The notes beneath the pieces were generated by a model. That model was not told where the DNA came from, made no database searches, and saw only the letters and a list, made by a program, of their open reading frames with translations. Of a stretch of DNA of 64,000 bases, positions 8,866 through 20,300 are shown piece after piece; position 1 is the first letter of the stretch; the number at the start of each line of letters is the position of its first letter. Made by a program: the position numbers and the translations under genes. The stretch is from an uncultured virus (IMG/VR IMGVR_UViG_3300020416_000657) (Duplodnaviria; Heunggongvirae; Uroviricota; Caudoviricetes), in IMG/VR virus record IMGVR_UViG_3300020416_000657; one strand, 5' to 3'.

Positions 8866-8873
8866 TATAAATA
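8866..8873 (+). promoter_or_regulatory. T4-type late promoter for gp48 onward
   Basis: TATAAATA in the gp4/gp48 intergenic region; an opposing AATAAATA lies at 8895-8902 on the minus strand. Confidence 0.7.
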
Positions 8874-8914
8874 GTCCATTAATAACATAATTACTATTTA
8901 TTCGGAGTTCTTAC

Positions 8915-10240
8915 ATGAGTGTTTACAATTGGTTAGATGAAAAGCTTGGTGGTTGGTTGCCAGGCGGCATCCCACGCGGAGGCAGTAAACAAGAAGGAAG
9001 TGACCCAACGAACACCGAAGACGCAGTTGCAACAGCAGCTGGTGCCACTCAAGAAGCACGAGGCACCAAAAAAGAAAAACCAACAAAACAAAAAATTACA
9101 TTTCAGTCTTTGTCTTACCCAAATGGATTAGATAATACAGATGAATTCCCCCATCAAATAATGTTCAATGTTTTGATAAGACAGACAGATGCAGAAGCAG
9201 CTGCCAATACTCATCTAGGAAATGCGGGCCGTGGAGAAGACTTAATGAGTAATCTTAGTAATGACCAAGCAAATCAAATAGTTCAAGATACAACAACTGG
9301 TTTAGTTGCGGGCGTTGGTGCAGCTGCGGTTGTAACTGGGAGTGCTACTACTAAGGCAGCGGGCGCTGCTGGTGTTTTACTTTCTGGAGAGGCTGGTAAA
9401 TTAGCAGCTGGATTAGTAGAAACTAAAACTACCAGAAAATGTGTTGCTCGTATTAGAATGGCTATGCCAATGTCTCCAAAAAATGAAATGCAAGCACAAT
9501 GGGATGTTACAGATTTTGGTTCTATTATGGGTGCATTGGTAACCGAAGGTGGAACTAGAGGTGTAACAGATATGTTGAAAAGTGCTGATGGTTCAACTGA
9601 AGCTGGACAAGCATTACTTAGAACTGCAGCTGGTACATTAAACATAACAAAACAATTAGGAGTAAACTTACCACTTCAATCCAGTATAGAGTTAATGTCG
9701 CGTAAAGTACAAAACCCATTTACAGAGACATTGTTTAAAACGATGAACTTTAGGAATTTTCCTTTTACATTTAAATTTGCACCCAAGAATAGACATGAAT
9801 TGTTACAAGCTTTAAAAATAGTTAATGTATTTGAAAGATATATGACACCAGAAAAAAGTGAACACCAGTTATTTTTACAGTATCCTGCTGAGTTTGAGAT
9901 AATCTACCAGTATAAAAACAAAGAAAATGCTTACTTTACTAACTTCTTTAATGATACTGCTTTGGTAAATTTTGTGGTAGACTATGGTCAAGGTGGACAT
10001 TATACTTCATTCCAAGGAACAGAAGGTGCTCCATCAGAAATTACTATGTCTTTAAACTTCAAAGAACTAACACTTCTTCACAGAGATGCTATTGTTGATC
10101 TCACCGACCAAGAAGATGTGATGGGTGGTTTCCAAGGATTAGGCCCAAGTGTATCGGGTGAGGTTCCAGCAGAAGAACCAGAAACACCAGAAACAATAAC
10201 AGAAACTAGTTCCGCACAAGCAGCAGGAGAGAATGGATAA
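8915..10240 (+). CDS. gp48: baseplate tail tube cap
   Basis: LSYP, NPFTETLFKTMNFRNFPFTFKFAPKN..E, LQYPAEFEI and ITMSLNFKEL motifs. Confidence 0.88.
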   Translation: MSVYNWLDEKLGGWLPGGIPRGGSKQEGSDPTNTEDAVATAAGATQEARGTKKEKPTKQKITFQSLSYPNGLDNTDEFPHQIMFNVLIRQTDAEAAANTHLGNAGRGEDLMSNLSNDQANQIVQDTTTGLVAGVGAAAVVTGSATTKAAGAAGVLLSGEAGKLAAGLVETKTTRKCVARIRMAMPMSPKNEMQAQWDVTDFGSIMGALVTEGGTRGVTDMLKSADGSTEAGQALLRTAAGTLNITKQLGVNLPLQSSIELMSRKVQNPFTETLFKTMNFRNFPFTFKFAPKNRHELLQALKIVNVFERYMTPEKSEHQLFLQYPAEFEIIYQYKNKENAYFTNFFNDTALVNFVVDYGQGGHYTSFQGTEGAPSEITMSLNFKELTLLHRDAIVDLTDQEDVMGGFQGLGPSVSGEVPAEEPETPETITETSSAQAAGENG

Positions 10241-10752
10241 TGGCATTTTTTAGACAATTTCCTAGAACCGCGTATGTAATAGATGGAACTCTTGTTAACA
10301 TTCCAGACCTGTTTCGCCGTGTGGGAACAAAAGATATTTTTGATAATCTCACCTATATGGATGAGTATGATGTTCAAGATGGACAAAGACCAGAACATCT
10401 TTCTTATGACTTATATGATACTGTAGACTATTACTGGGTCATATTACTTTGTAATCAAGTTATAGACCCATACCATGATTGGCCTAAATCTAATATTGAT
10501 TTAAACAACTTTGCAAAACAAAGGTATGGTGAACTTAACTTACAAAAAGTACATCATTATGTCGATAGTACAAATGAAAATATTAGAGTTGACTTTGACC
10601 AAACTAAGTTTAATACTGGTGCTATTAAAGCAGTAAGTAATATTGAACATGAAGAAAAAGTTAATGAAGAAAAAAGAAGAATTAAAGTACCAAGAGTAGA
10701 ATTCATTGCAGAAATAGCAGGACAATTTAAACGATTGATAAAAGGAAGATAA
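10240..10752 (+). CDS. gp53: baseplate wedge subunit
   Basis: FFRQFP, YDVQDGQRPEHLSYDLY...YYWVILLCN..IDPYHDWP and NEEKRRIKV motifs. Confidence 0.92.
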   Translation: MAFFRQFPRTAYVIDGTLVNIPDLFRRVGTKDIFDNLTYMDEYDVQDGQRPEHLSYDLYDTVDYYWVILLCNQVIDPYHDWPKSNIDLNNFAKQRYGELNLQKVHHYVDSTNENIRVDFDQTKFNTGAIKAVSNIEHEEKVNEEKRRIKVPRVEFIAEIAGQFKRLIKGR

Positions 10753-10758
10753 TACATC

Positions 10759-12213
10759 ATGGATAGTTCAGTCCCAACAGCAGGTTCTATAAGTATAGAT
10801 GCTATAGACCTTTTAACATCCCCAGAATCGGGAAGTCAGACTATTGACATAAGAAATTATGTTGGTGATGTTGTTATTAAAGAAAGTATATTTACTAACT
10901 ATTTTACGATGGAGATGTCCATAGGTGATAGTAGAAATTTATTAGGTAATCTGCCTATCATGGGTGGAGAGATTATTACAGTAAAATTTGTATCTAGACA
11001 TTTAAATGATACAAATCCATCGCAATGTATAGAACAATCATTTGTTGTTCATTCTATTTCTGAAAGACAATTCAAAGATGATAGGGAACAATTTTATATA
11101 TTACGGTGTATAACACCAGAGGGATATAAAAACAATACGGTTGTTATTAACGAAAGGTTTACTGGTTCACCAAAAGAAATATTTACAGATATTTACACTA
11201 GGTTTTTAAAAGAACCAAAAGTAATTAGTAACAAGGGTGGCACGCGAGATGGGCCCGACCTCAACTTCATGGATGTTGGTGGAAGTCAAGGATTTAAAAA
11301 AGAAAATATATGTTTCATCTCTAATTATTGGACTCCATATAAGTGTCTTAACTTTCTTTCAAATAAATGCGCTCCAACTGCAGCTGGTGGTAAAGAGTTG
11401 ATGCCCAATGTTAGGTATTTTCAATCTGATAAGGGAACTTATGCAGTTAGTCTTTCTAAAATGGCTGCGTTTTATAAAGAACAAAATGCAATATATGATG
11501 AATTCTTTTATATTCCCACAGGTAGTGATGCATTTCAATTGTCTGAAAAAAGAAGAGAAAGAGGTGGTTATAGTTATCTTAGTCCTTTCTTATCAAAGAA
11601 ACAAAATACAATGTCTGGATTAAATATTCCCCATTTTACAAATGACTTAGATGACCAACTTTCTGGGTATCAAGGAAACATGACAATAGGGTTTGATATG
11701 ACTACCAGAATTCCTTATCACATGGAGTTTGATTATACACCACTCCAACCAACAAGAGTAAAACAAAATAAAAGGACAATAGGGGCAGGATACAATGACT
11801 TTTTTCATATAGAAAATAATAGTCCAATAAGAGAAGTGCCATTGACAAATCCGAGGTCTGCATTAAATGTGCAAATAGGTTCCTCGCAAATGTGGACTGA
11901 CCAAAGTTTTGGATATGATTGGAGATTTTTATTAGATACCGCTTATAGAGATACGGCATTAGCAGAATTGCAAAGATTACAAATTGATTTTGAGGTTCCA
12001 GGCCGAACAGACCTTGACTTGGGTATGTTAGTATATCTAAACTTTCCAAACACTTCTGAAAAAGGTAGTGACCCCAAACCAGAAGATTTGTTTGATGAAA
12101 GAATATCTGGAATCTATAGTGTTACATCTATTAGACATCACATATCAGTTGCAACTAATAGTCATCAAATGAAGTTAGAAGTAGTAAGAGATAGTGTAGG
12201 AGATATATCATGA
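10759..12213 (+). CDS. baseplate hub protein (gp27-like)
   Basis: IKESIF, LPIMGGEIITVKF, VPGRTDLDLG and SGIYSVTSIRH motifs; located between gp53 and gp5. Confidence 0.7.
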   Translation: MDSSVPTAGSISIDAIDLLTSPESGSQTIDIRNYVGDVVIKESIFTNYFTMEMSIGDSRNLLGNLPIMGGEIITVKFVSRHLNDTNPSQCIEQSFVVHSISERQFKDDREQFYILRCITPEGYKNNTVVINERFTGSPKEIFTDIYTRFLKEPKVISNKGGTRDGPDLNFMDVGGSQGFKKENICFISNYWTPYKCLNFLSNKCAPTAAGGKELMPNVRYFQSDKGTYAVSLSKMAAFYKEQNAIYDEFFYIPTGSDAFQLSEKRRERGGYSYLSPFLSKKQNTMSGLNIPHFTNDLDDQLSGYQGNMTIGFDMTTRIPYHMEFDYTPLQPTRVKQNKRTIGAGYNDFFHIENNSPIREVPLTNPRSALNVQIGSSQMWTDQSFGYDWRFLLDTAYRDTALAELQRLQIDFEVPGRTDLDLGMLVYLNFPNTSEKGSDPKPEDLFDERISGIYSVTSIRHHISVATNSHQMKLEVVRDSVGDIS

Positions 12214-14318
12214 TGAATAGATACCCCAATTTTGCTTGGTGGCAGGGTGTCGTAGAAGACAGAAATGACCCAGAACAGTTTGGTAGATATCGTGTTCGTA
12301 TAATAGGTTATCACACACTTGATAAGAATATATTACCTACAGAGTCTTTGCCTTGGTCTATTCCTATGCAACCAGTTACCTCAGCAGCGATATCTGGTGT
12401 TGGTTCATCACCTACTGGATTGGTAGAGGGTTCAACTGTAATCGGATTCTTTGTTGATGGTGAAGATGGTCAAATACCAGTTATCATGGGTTCTTTTGGT
12501 GTAGAAGATAATGTACCCACGATAGACGATAAAGATACACCAGAATCACCAGAGTCATTGGCAGAAAGAGGATTCTATGACCCAAATGGAAAATTCCCAC
12601 GCAGAAAAGAATTAAAGATATCAGAAGACGAGAGTCTTGCAGATAAAGTCAAAGGAATGGTTAGTGATGGACTTGGTGGCATATTAGACGCGGAAGGCAA
12701 TAAACTTACTGGTCTCGCAGAAGGTGTTGATGAAGTTGATGTAGGTAAGAATGTTCTGGGAGAAGCATCATCCTCTAGACTTGCTAGGGGTGATATGTCA
12801 GAAAATCACTATTCGTTAAAGGGAAAAAGAGAAACGAGAATAGGAGCTAAAGACGATGGTGTGCCACGAGGATTTGCAACTAAAATATCTGGGTGGAATA
12901 ATACAGAACTACCATACGAACATGATAATGGTGGTGAAGACATTCCAGTATTTCCAGGCCTATACGAACCAACTTTCTGGGAGGAACCCCACCCACAAGG
13001 TTCTGAAATTTCTAAATCTCAGTACCCATACAACCATGTAAGGGAAACAGAGAGTGGACATGTCTTTGAGGTTGATGACACACCAGACGCGGAAAGAATA
13101 CACGAATATCATACTGCTGGAACATTTAGAGAAATTCAACCAGACGGAACCAAAGTAGAAAAAATTGTTGGTGAAGATTATGTCATTGATTTAAAAAGCA
13201 GATACATGTATGTTAGAGGCGACTTCAACCTTATGGTAGAGGGCGATTACAATATTAATGTCAAGGGAAACAAATACGAACATATAAGTGGTCACTCATA
13301 CAATACTGTAATGGGTAATAGGTTAAACAAGATACAAGGACATGAGTTAGTTGATACTCAAAGTTCATATCTATTAATGACTGCTGGTAACTTCAATTGT
13401 CAAGTAGGACAGTCTGATAAAGACCAAAAGAAAATAGGTAATTATCGTTTGCGTGTTTTGGGAGAAATGAACGAAACAGTTCAAGGTAAACATAAAATAA
13501 TGGGTGGTAATGATTTTAAACACATTGTCAAAGGTGACATAGGGTTTACTACCGCGCTTAGAACAGGGCTTGACCCAACTGCAGCTTTAGAAGCTGCTTC
13601 GGCTGGGGCAGCTCCATCTCCAGATGCACTTGTTCAAGGTGGTTCAATCAAATTAGAGGCAATTCAGAAAGTTGACATTGCAGCTGCTCCGACTGATTTA
13701 CCGAAAGTACCTGGCTCGCCTCTTGGTGGTGTTGTTTCCATAGTTTCTGATAGAATTAACACAACCGCGAGAGTTGACTATGTAGAGAGAGTTGGCCCAG
13801 TTTCGGTTCCCTTCCCAGCTCAAATTATCGGAAACAAAAGGACTTATGTTGTGAATCCTAGTGGAGTTGGTGGTATTCAAAATACCTTGATTGGTGCTGG
13901 TGTAATTGAGAATAACATTACAGGGGTTGGTGCTATTAATAATTTCGTAACAGGTGCTGGATTTATTAATAACGCGATTGCTGGTGCTGGTACTATTATT
14001 GATACTACTGGTGCTGCTCTTCCAACAACATTTGGAACACCAAGTGCCATACCTATTGGAACATCAAGTACGATAATGACGAATGCTTCACTCTTGACGG
14101 TTACTCCGATAGTTGATATTACTGCGATTACAAATATTACTGGTGTAACAAGCATAGTGGGTGCAACATCCATTACTGGTGCAACTGGAATTACTGGTAC
14201 TCTTACTGTTACTGGATTGGTTACTGGTGGTAGCACCGTACTTCAGACTCATACTCATAACACACCTGTACCTGGCGGGTCTTCTTCTGGTACATATCAA
14301 ACGACACCACCGCTTTAA
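12210..14318 (+). CDS. gp5: baseplate central spike (gp5-like), no lysozyme domain recognised
   Basis: OB-fold WWQGVVEDRNDP..GRYRVRIIGYH, then YPYNHVRETESGHVFEVDDTP..ERIHEYH..GTF, beta-helix repeats and a terminal HTH motif. Confidence 0.92.
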   Translation: MMNRYPNFAWWQGVVEDRNDPEQFGRYRVRIIGYHTLDKNILPTESLPWSIPMQPVTSAAISGVGSSPTGLVEGSTVIGFFVDGEDGQIPVIMGSFGVEDNVPTIDDKDTPESPESLAERGFYDPNGKFPRRKELKISEDESLADKVKGMVSDGLGGILDAEGNKLTGLAEGVDEVDVGKNVLGEASSSRLARGDMSENHYSLKGKRETRIGAKDDGVPRGFATKISGWNNTELPYEHDNGGEDIPVFPGLYEPTFWEEPHPQGSEISKSQYPYNHVRETESGHVFEVDDTPDAERIHEYHTAGTFREIQPDGTKVEKIVGEDYVIDLKSRYMYVRGDFNLMVEGDYNINVKGNKYEHISGHSYNTVMGNRLNKIQGHELVDTQSSYLLMTAGNFNCQVGQSDKDQKKIGNYRLRVLGEMNETVQGKHKIMGGNDFKHIVKGDIGFTTALRTGLDPTAALEAASAGAAPSPDALVQGGSIKLEAIQKVDIAAAPTDLPKVPGSPLGGVVSIVSDRINTTARVDYVERVGPVSVPFPAQIIGNKRTYVVNPSGVGGIQNTLIGAGVIENNITGVGAINNFVTGAGFINNAIAGAGTIIDTTGAALPTTFGTPSAIPIGTSSTIMTNASLLTVTPIVDITAITNITGVTSIVGATSITGATGITGTLTVTGLVTGGSTVLQTHTHNTPVPGGSSSGTYQTTPPL

Positions 14319-14329
14319 TGGAGAAATAA

Positions 14330-14956
14330 ATGAGTTGTAAAGGTATAGGAAAAGCATTTGGGGAAATCGCGGATAAGATTGACCAACTACAAGACCAAAT
14401 TGACCTAGCAGTTGATACTACTGTTGATGCGATTGCGAGTGAACTGGGTATCAATTTTCTTAAAGCAAAATTTCTTGCTATGCAAGGAGAGTTTGAGGCC
14501 TTGTTCCAAGAAGAATTTGGTAACCTAGAAAACTTTCTTAAACAATTAAGAGATGGTATACCATTCGCGGATGAACTTGGTGATTTGGTGGCATTAGCGG
14601 CACAAACAGAACGGTTTATTGCTAAAGCTAAAGAGATTGAAGAAAAATATGGTGATAAGAACAATACCATAAACAACATCATGAGAGACCCAGTTGGATT
14701 CTTTGATAGTCTTGGTTCAGATTTGGAAAGTCTATGTGAGGCAATGCCAAATTTTGAAAAGGCAAAAAACGGTAAGATTAAAGTAACTTCTGCCAAGTTT
14801 AATCTTGATGCTGGAGAGATAGATGCTGAAGAATTAATAAACGAAGGGGTTTCACCCACGATAGAAAGGTTAAAGGACTTTCTCAAGAATTTAAGATTGG
14901 AAGTTGTACAAAAAGAATCTAAAGTAGATAAAGATACTAAGAACGCATTTGCCTAG
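14330..14956 (+). CDS. hypothetical protein (helical), between gp5 and gp25
   Basis: 208-aa ORF with GGAG Shine-Dalgarno, co-oriented with the baseplate operon. Confidence 0.7.
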   Translation: MSCKGIGKAFGEIADKIDQLQDQIDLAVDTTVDAIASELGINFLKAKFLAMQGEFEALFQEEFGNLENFLKQLRDGIPFADELGDLVALAAQTERFIAKAKEIEEKYGDKNNTINNIMRDPVGFFDSLGSDLESLCEAMPNFEKAKNGKIKVTSAKFNLDAGEIDAEELINEGVSPTIERLKDFLKNLRLEVVQKESKVDKDTKNAFA

Positions 14957-14966
14957 TGCAAAGTAT

Positions 14967-14974
14967 TATAAATA
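14967..14974 (+). promoter_or_regulatory. T4-type late promoter
   Basis: TATAAATA immediately before the gp25 ATG at 14980. Confidence 0.65.
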
Positions 14975-14979
14975 GTCAC

Positions 14980-15375
14980 ATGCTTAAACGACCTACTACA
15001 ATATATAAAGATTTTGATTTGAGTTTTACAAAAAACCCAAATACAAAGGATATTGCTCGGAGAGTAGATGTTCAAGCGGTTAAACAATCGTTGAAGTCAT
15101 TGTTGTTAACTCAATACTATGAAAAACCATTTAAACCGCAATATGGTTCTCCAATAAGAGGACTATTATTTGAACCAGTCGATGTGGCTACTGGTACGAG
15201 TCTTGCGACAGAAATAAAAAGAGCGATTGTTAACTTTGAACCAAGGGTTGTAGTAGAAGAGGTAGAGGTTTACCCAGATCAAAATGAAAATTCATTTTCA
15301 TGTAAAGTGTTCTTTTTCGTAAGAGGGATTAGGGAGTTGCAAGAACTCGGAATAGTTTTAGAGAGGTTGAGATAA
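14980..15375 (+). CDS. gp25: baseplate wedge subunit
   Basis: YKDFDLSF..NP.TKDI, AVKQSLKSLLLT..YEKPFKPQYGS and FEPRV motifs. Confidence 0.93.
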   Translation: MLKRPTTIYKDFDLSFTKNPNTKDIARRVDVQAVKQSLKSLLLTQYYEKPFKPQYGSPIRGLLFEPVDVATGTSLATEIKRAIVNFEPRVVVEEVEVYPDQNENSFSCKVFFFVRGIRELQELGIVLERLR

Positions 15376-17310
15376 ATGGCAGTCAAGAATGTAACAGAAT
15401 TAGATTTCGATACTATAAAAACAAATCTAAAAACACACTTAAAAAATCAAACTGAGTTTGCAGACTACGACTTTGAAGCATCTGGTATTTCGCAACTTAT
15501 AGATTTACTCGCATATAATACACACTACAATGCCGTCCTTGCTCATATGGTATCCAATGAAGCATTTATTGATTCTGCTGTCAAAAGAAATTCAGTTGTA
15601 TCGATTGCAAAAACAATGGGATACACACCAAGGTCTGCCCGTTCTGCTAAGGCTGTTATTGACCTTACAATAGTACCAGACCCAGCTTTTACATCAACGA
15701 GTCTTACTTTAACAAAAGACAGGATATTTACATCTAATGTAAACGGAAGAAACTTTAACTTTTTACCAGATAAAGATTACACCGTAGACAAATCAGTTAT
15801 TAATGGTGTGGCTGCTTTTAGATTTACTAATATAACTTTGGTGGAAGGAACAAGAGTTACCACTTCTGAGGTTATTAATAGTACGAATAGGTCTGGCCCA
15901 GTAATATTACCCAATGATAATGTTGATACAACTACTTTGTCAGTAAGAGTACAGACTTCTAGTACTAACTTAAATGCTACGCCATTCGCGTTGTCAGAAC
16001 AAATTACTGGAGTTACATCTAAGTCTACTGTATTTTACTTAGAAGAAAGAACAGATGGATTTTACCAAGTTGTTTTTGGTGACGGTGTTCTTGGTAAACA
16101 ATTAGATGTAGGAAACATTGTCATATGCGAATACATTCTAGGAAATGCCACAAAAGGAAATGGTGCTAGGAAATTCTCTCCACCATCAAGTATTACAGGT
16201 TCAGCTGAAAACCTTACAGGTAAAACTGTTTCAGCAGCTACAGGTGGATTCGAGTTAGAAAACATAAACAGTATTCGTTTTAATGCACCGCGATTTAATT
16301 CTGCTAAAGGTAGGGTTGTGACATCTACTGACTACGAAACTGCAATCAAACAATCAAATCCAAATATTAAATCTGTAACAGTCTGGGGCGGAGAAGATAA
16401 TGTACCGCCTGTCTATGGAACAGTTTATATATCACTTCAACCTCAAACTGGATTTGTTATAACTGATACAGAAAAAAATGAGATTGCTAATAATGTTATC
16501 AAACCAAAACTTCCAGTATCATTGGTTACTGAATTTGTTGACGCGGAAACTTTATTCATAGGTTTCAATATTGCTGTAACTTATGACCCGAAACTAACTA
16601 CGGAAAGTTCAGATGCTATTAAGACAAAAGTACTAGACCAAGTAACATCTCACTTTGATACTAATGTTAACGAATTAAAGAAAAACTTCTTCTTCTCAAA
16701 ATTAAGTAAAGAATTAGATTCAGTAAGTGATTCTATTTTGGCAAATAATATAGAGATGAGGTTAATGAAAAAATTGACGCCTACTCTTGAAACTCCTACT
16801 AGATATCAATTGAAGTACAATAACAAACTATTAGCTAGTTCTGTTAGAACAAATTATTTTACTGTAAATATAAACGGTTCTCAAGATGAAGTTTATATTA
16901 CAGATAAACCAGATGAGACATTTACTGCCTCACAACAATATAACGGTCAACGATTTAACCTTGCAAAAGGTGACCTTATTTTAAAAACAAAAGAAACAAA
17001 TACAATTATAGGGGGTACTGTAGGGACTATCGATTATGACACAGGGTCATTGGATATAACATCTTTGCGAATAGATGCTATAAGTGGGGCAGGAAATAAT
17101 GATGTTAGGGTTTACATAACACCACATGAAAGTGCTAAAAATATTTCTACAGATGATTTAGTTCGTGCAACCGAAGAACAAAGTTATGCTGTTACTGCTT
17201 TGCCAGCAAGAAACATAATCCTATCCCTTGATGATTCTCAAGTAGATACCACCAATAATGTCAAACAAGGTGTTGCTGTTACTATGATATCAAGGGTAAA
17301 GGATGACTAA
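15376..17310 (+). CDS. gp6: baseplate wedge subunit
   Basis: ELDFDTIKTNLK, FADYDFEASG, LAYNTHYNA, FGDGVLGK, RVVTSTDY and WGGEDN.PP.YG motifs. Confidence 0.95.
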   Translation: MAVKNVTELDFDTIKTNLKTHLKNQTEFADYDFEASGISQLIDLLAYNTHYNAVLAHMVSNEAFIDSAVKRNSVVSIAKTMGYTPRSARSAKAVIDLTIVPDPAFTSTSLTLTKDRIFTSNVNGRNFNFLPDKDYTVDKSVINGVAAFRFTNITLVEGTRVTTSEVINSTNRSGPVILPNDNVDTTTLSVRVQTSSTNLNATPFALSEQITGVTSKSTVFYLEERTDGFYQVVFGDGVLGKQLDVGNIVICEYILGNATKGNGARKFSPPSSITGSAENLTGKTVSAATGGFELENINSIRFNAPRFNSAKGRVVTSTDYETAIKQSNPNIKSVTVWGGEDNVPPVYGTVYISLQPQTGFVITDTEKNEIANNVIKPKLPVSLVTEFVDAETLFIGFNIAVTYDPKLTTESSDAIKTKVLDQVTSHFDTNVNELKKNFFFSKLSKELDSVSDSILANNIEMRLMKKLTPTLETPTRYQLKYNNKLLASSVRTNYFTVNINGSQDEVYITDKPDETFTASQQYNGQRFNLAKGDLILKTKETNTIIGGTVGTIDYDTGSLDITSLRIDAISGAGNNDVRVYITPHESAKNISTDDLVRATEEQSYAVTALPARNIILSLDDSQVDTTNNVKQGVAVTMISRVKDD

Positions 17311-20300
17311 TCGAATACCATCATATCTAGAATATATCAAAACCATCGCTATCACCAGCGCTGGTTCTGGATATACATCGGGAGTCACCCTTTTAATAGA
17401 TGCACCTACTGGTGATAACCCGATACAAGCCGCAGCTACTGCTACGATTGACTTTTCTGGTTCTGGTGATATAACCGCGATTAATATTACTGAGGGTGGT
17501 GATGGATATGTTCTAACTCCTTCAGTAAAAGTATCTGGTGGTGCTACAACTGTTACTAGTACTACTACAAACACAGGACTTGACGCTGGAACATATACTG
17601 GTGTTGAACCTACTTCTACGAGTGGGGTTGGTCAATTTGGTACATTTACTATTGTTATCAATGGCAATGGTGATGTAACTTCTATAACACCAGTTTCAAA
17701 TGGTAATGATTATGTAGAAGGTGATACTGTTTCATTTTTACCTACCGCTCTTGGTGGTACTGGTTCAGAATTAACTGTTGTTGGTACTATTACTCACATC
17801 AATGGTGGGCAGGGGGCAATCCTAACAGCAGAAGTTGACATCATTGCGAAAGCAGATGTATACGCACAACCTAAAATTTCAAAACTTGTTGGTCAACAAT
17901 TACCAGAATTTATTAGAAACGACCACGCTCTTTTTCAAACATTTATTGAAAAGTATTTTGAGTTCATGGAACTCACTAATGAAACTGATTCTTCTAAACA
18001 CGGCCCACTTAAAGTATTACAAGATTTTCTTGCTAAACTAGATGTTGATTTTAACGATGATGGAAGTATCAATACAGACGATAATTTTCTTAAAGAGTTT
18101 TATAAGGACTATGTAAAAGATTTACCTTTAGGTCAGACTGCTAAATTAAGTCTTGTTTTAAAAAATATTAATGACTTCTATACTGCGAAAGGTAGTGGAG
18201 AAGCAATCAAACTTTTATTCAGAATACTTTATAATGAAGAAGTAGAACTATTCAATGCACAGGAGTTTGTACTTAGACCATCTTCAAGTAAATGGCAAGA
18301 AGATTATGTTGTAAAAGTTTATGAAAGAAAAACTTTTATCAACGCGGATACAGAAGATTTCGACCCACAGAATTTTGTTGGTCAACAAGTAGACCTTCAT
18401 TACTATGAATCAACTGGTTCGGTTACAAATGCTTTTACTAAAAGAGCAAGTGTCCAATCTGTCAAAAAAATTGCTTACACTAACCCCCAAGCATATGAAC
18501 TTGTACTATCTGGAATAAACAATACTTTTAGTTTGCCAGGCCCAGGCGCTGGTAGTCTTTCAAATGATGAAATGCTTCAACCAGAAGTAGCAGGAGACAT
18601 AGGTACAATTACAGGAACAGAGGGGGGAGGTTCTTTTAACACACCAGACCCCTCAGTAGTTGATGGTACATATAGTATTACTGATTCAGACTTTACTTCT
18701 TACATTGATATTGACTACGATAATTCTTTAGCAATATCTAAAGGAACATATGTAAAAGCAAATAATAAAATATACCTTGCTACTAACCAAGGAGTTACCA
18801 ATGGTGTTGGAACTGGGCCAAATCATGAGTCGGGTGACGCTATAGATGGTAATGTTAAGTTTAGATTTATTGAAATAACTAGTGCTACAGGACATTATTC
18901 TAGTGGTAGTTCTGGTGCGACATTTACAGTAGTTATTGCTGGCAACGCGGTATCTAGTGTTACGGTGACAGATAATGGTACTGATTATTATCCAAATGAA
19001 ATAATAGAAATTCCTGCTACTGAATTTGGTGGAACAGGAACAGGGGTTAAAATAAAAGTTGCCTCTATTACAAATGGTAAAGTAAAGAAAGTTATTATTA
19101 TTGATGGTGGTACTGGATTTGCTGCTAACCCACAAATTATCGTAAGCGAAAATGCTTCTGATACTATTACTCAAGAAGCGCTAATAGAAACTAGAACCAC
19201 AAATGGTGTTGTAGACCAAATTTTATTTACAAATAACCAACAAGGGGCAGGATATAATAATTTACCAGACCTTAGAATATCAACAGGATTAACTCTTACC
19301 TTTGTTAGTTTAGCGGGAGAAGTATTCCCAGACACCACTAGTGGTGATGTCTTCTCTGCTATGAAAGGTATGGTAACTAGGGTTTTAAATACTGCTAAAT
19401 TTAACTCAATAAAAGATGGGTCAAGCACAACCGCTGGTGGATTTAAAATTGGTGATTCTTATGTTATCAATGAAAGTGGTGGTATTCTGGGTGTCTATGC
19501 TATAGATTATTTTGGAGAGGATTATACACTAACAGGCGTATCTAATAATGCCTATGTAAGAATTACATCATTGAACGATGTTGGATATCCTGCTACATTT
19601 GAAGTTCTCGCGGTAGGACAAGGATTTAACAGACAGGATTTCCAAATAGAATTGGAATCACCTACTGGTCAGATTGCTTTAGTTGACTTTAATACAGGAT
19701 ATAATGCAGTTCTAGGTGGAGTTGCTGGTGACGCTGGTGGATTCCTATCAGATGCAAACAGACTATTCGATAACATAGTTTATCAACCATTCGCCTATCA
19801 GATACAATCAGAATTACAAGCATCTGAATGGAAAGATTATGTCAAACGAGCTGCTCACCCAGCTGGTTTTGCATTATATGGTGACCTACAAATTAAACAG
19901 GATATTGATTTCTCTGCTGGATTTACAGTTGAAACAGATGTTTACATGTTCTTCAAGTATCCAGACATTGAGGAAATTCTTGTTGATGAAAGTGTGGTTA
20001 AGGCAGTTGAGATTGCAGAAGCAGGGCCTGATTCAATTTTCCCAGGCGATGCCATCAATACATTTGATGTCACAACTACTCAAACAGAGAGTGTTGGAAT
20101 TCAATCTGAAGAAGGCCCGTATACATTTGTTGGTACATCCGTAAGAGTTTTCTACGCGACTTCAGATGGAACTGAAACTGGTGACCCATACTTTGAACAA
20201 CACAGTTCTGCATCAGATGACTATGTAGAAAGATTTGGTGTTGGTGACTATTTCTTAAATGACGGTGGCCCGTATGTAGAACTTGGTAATCCACAAAAAC

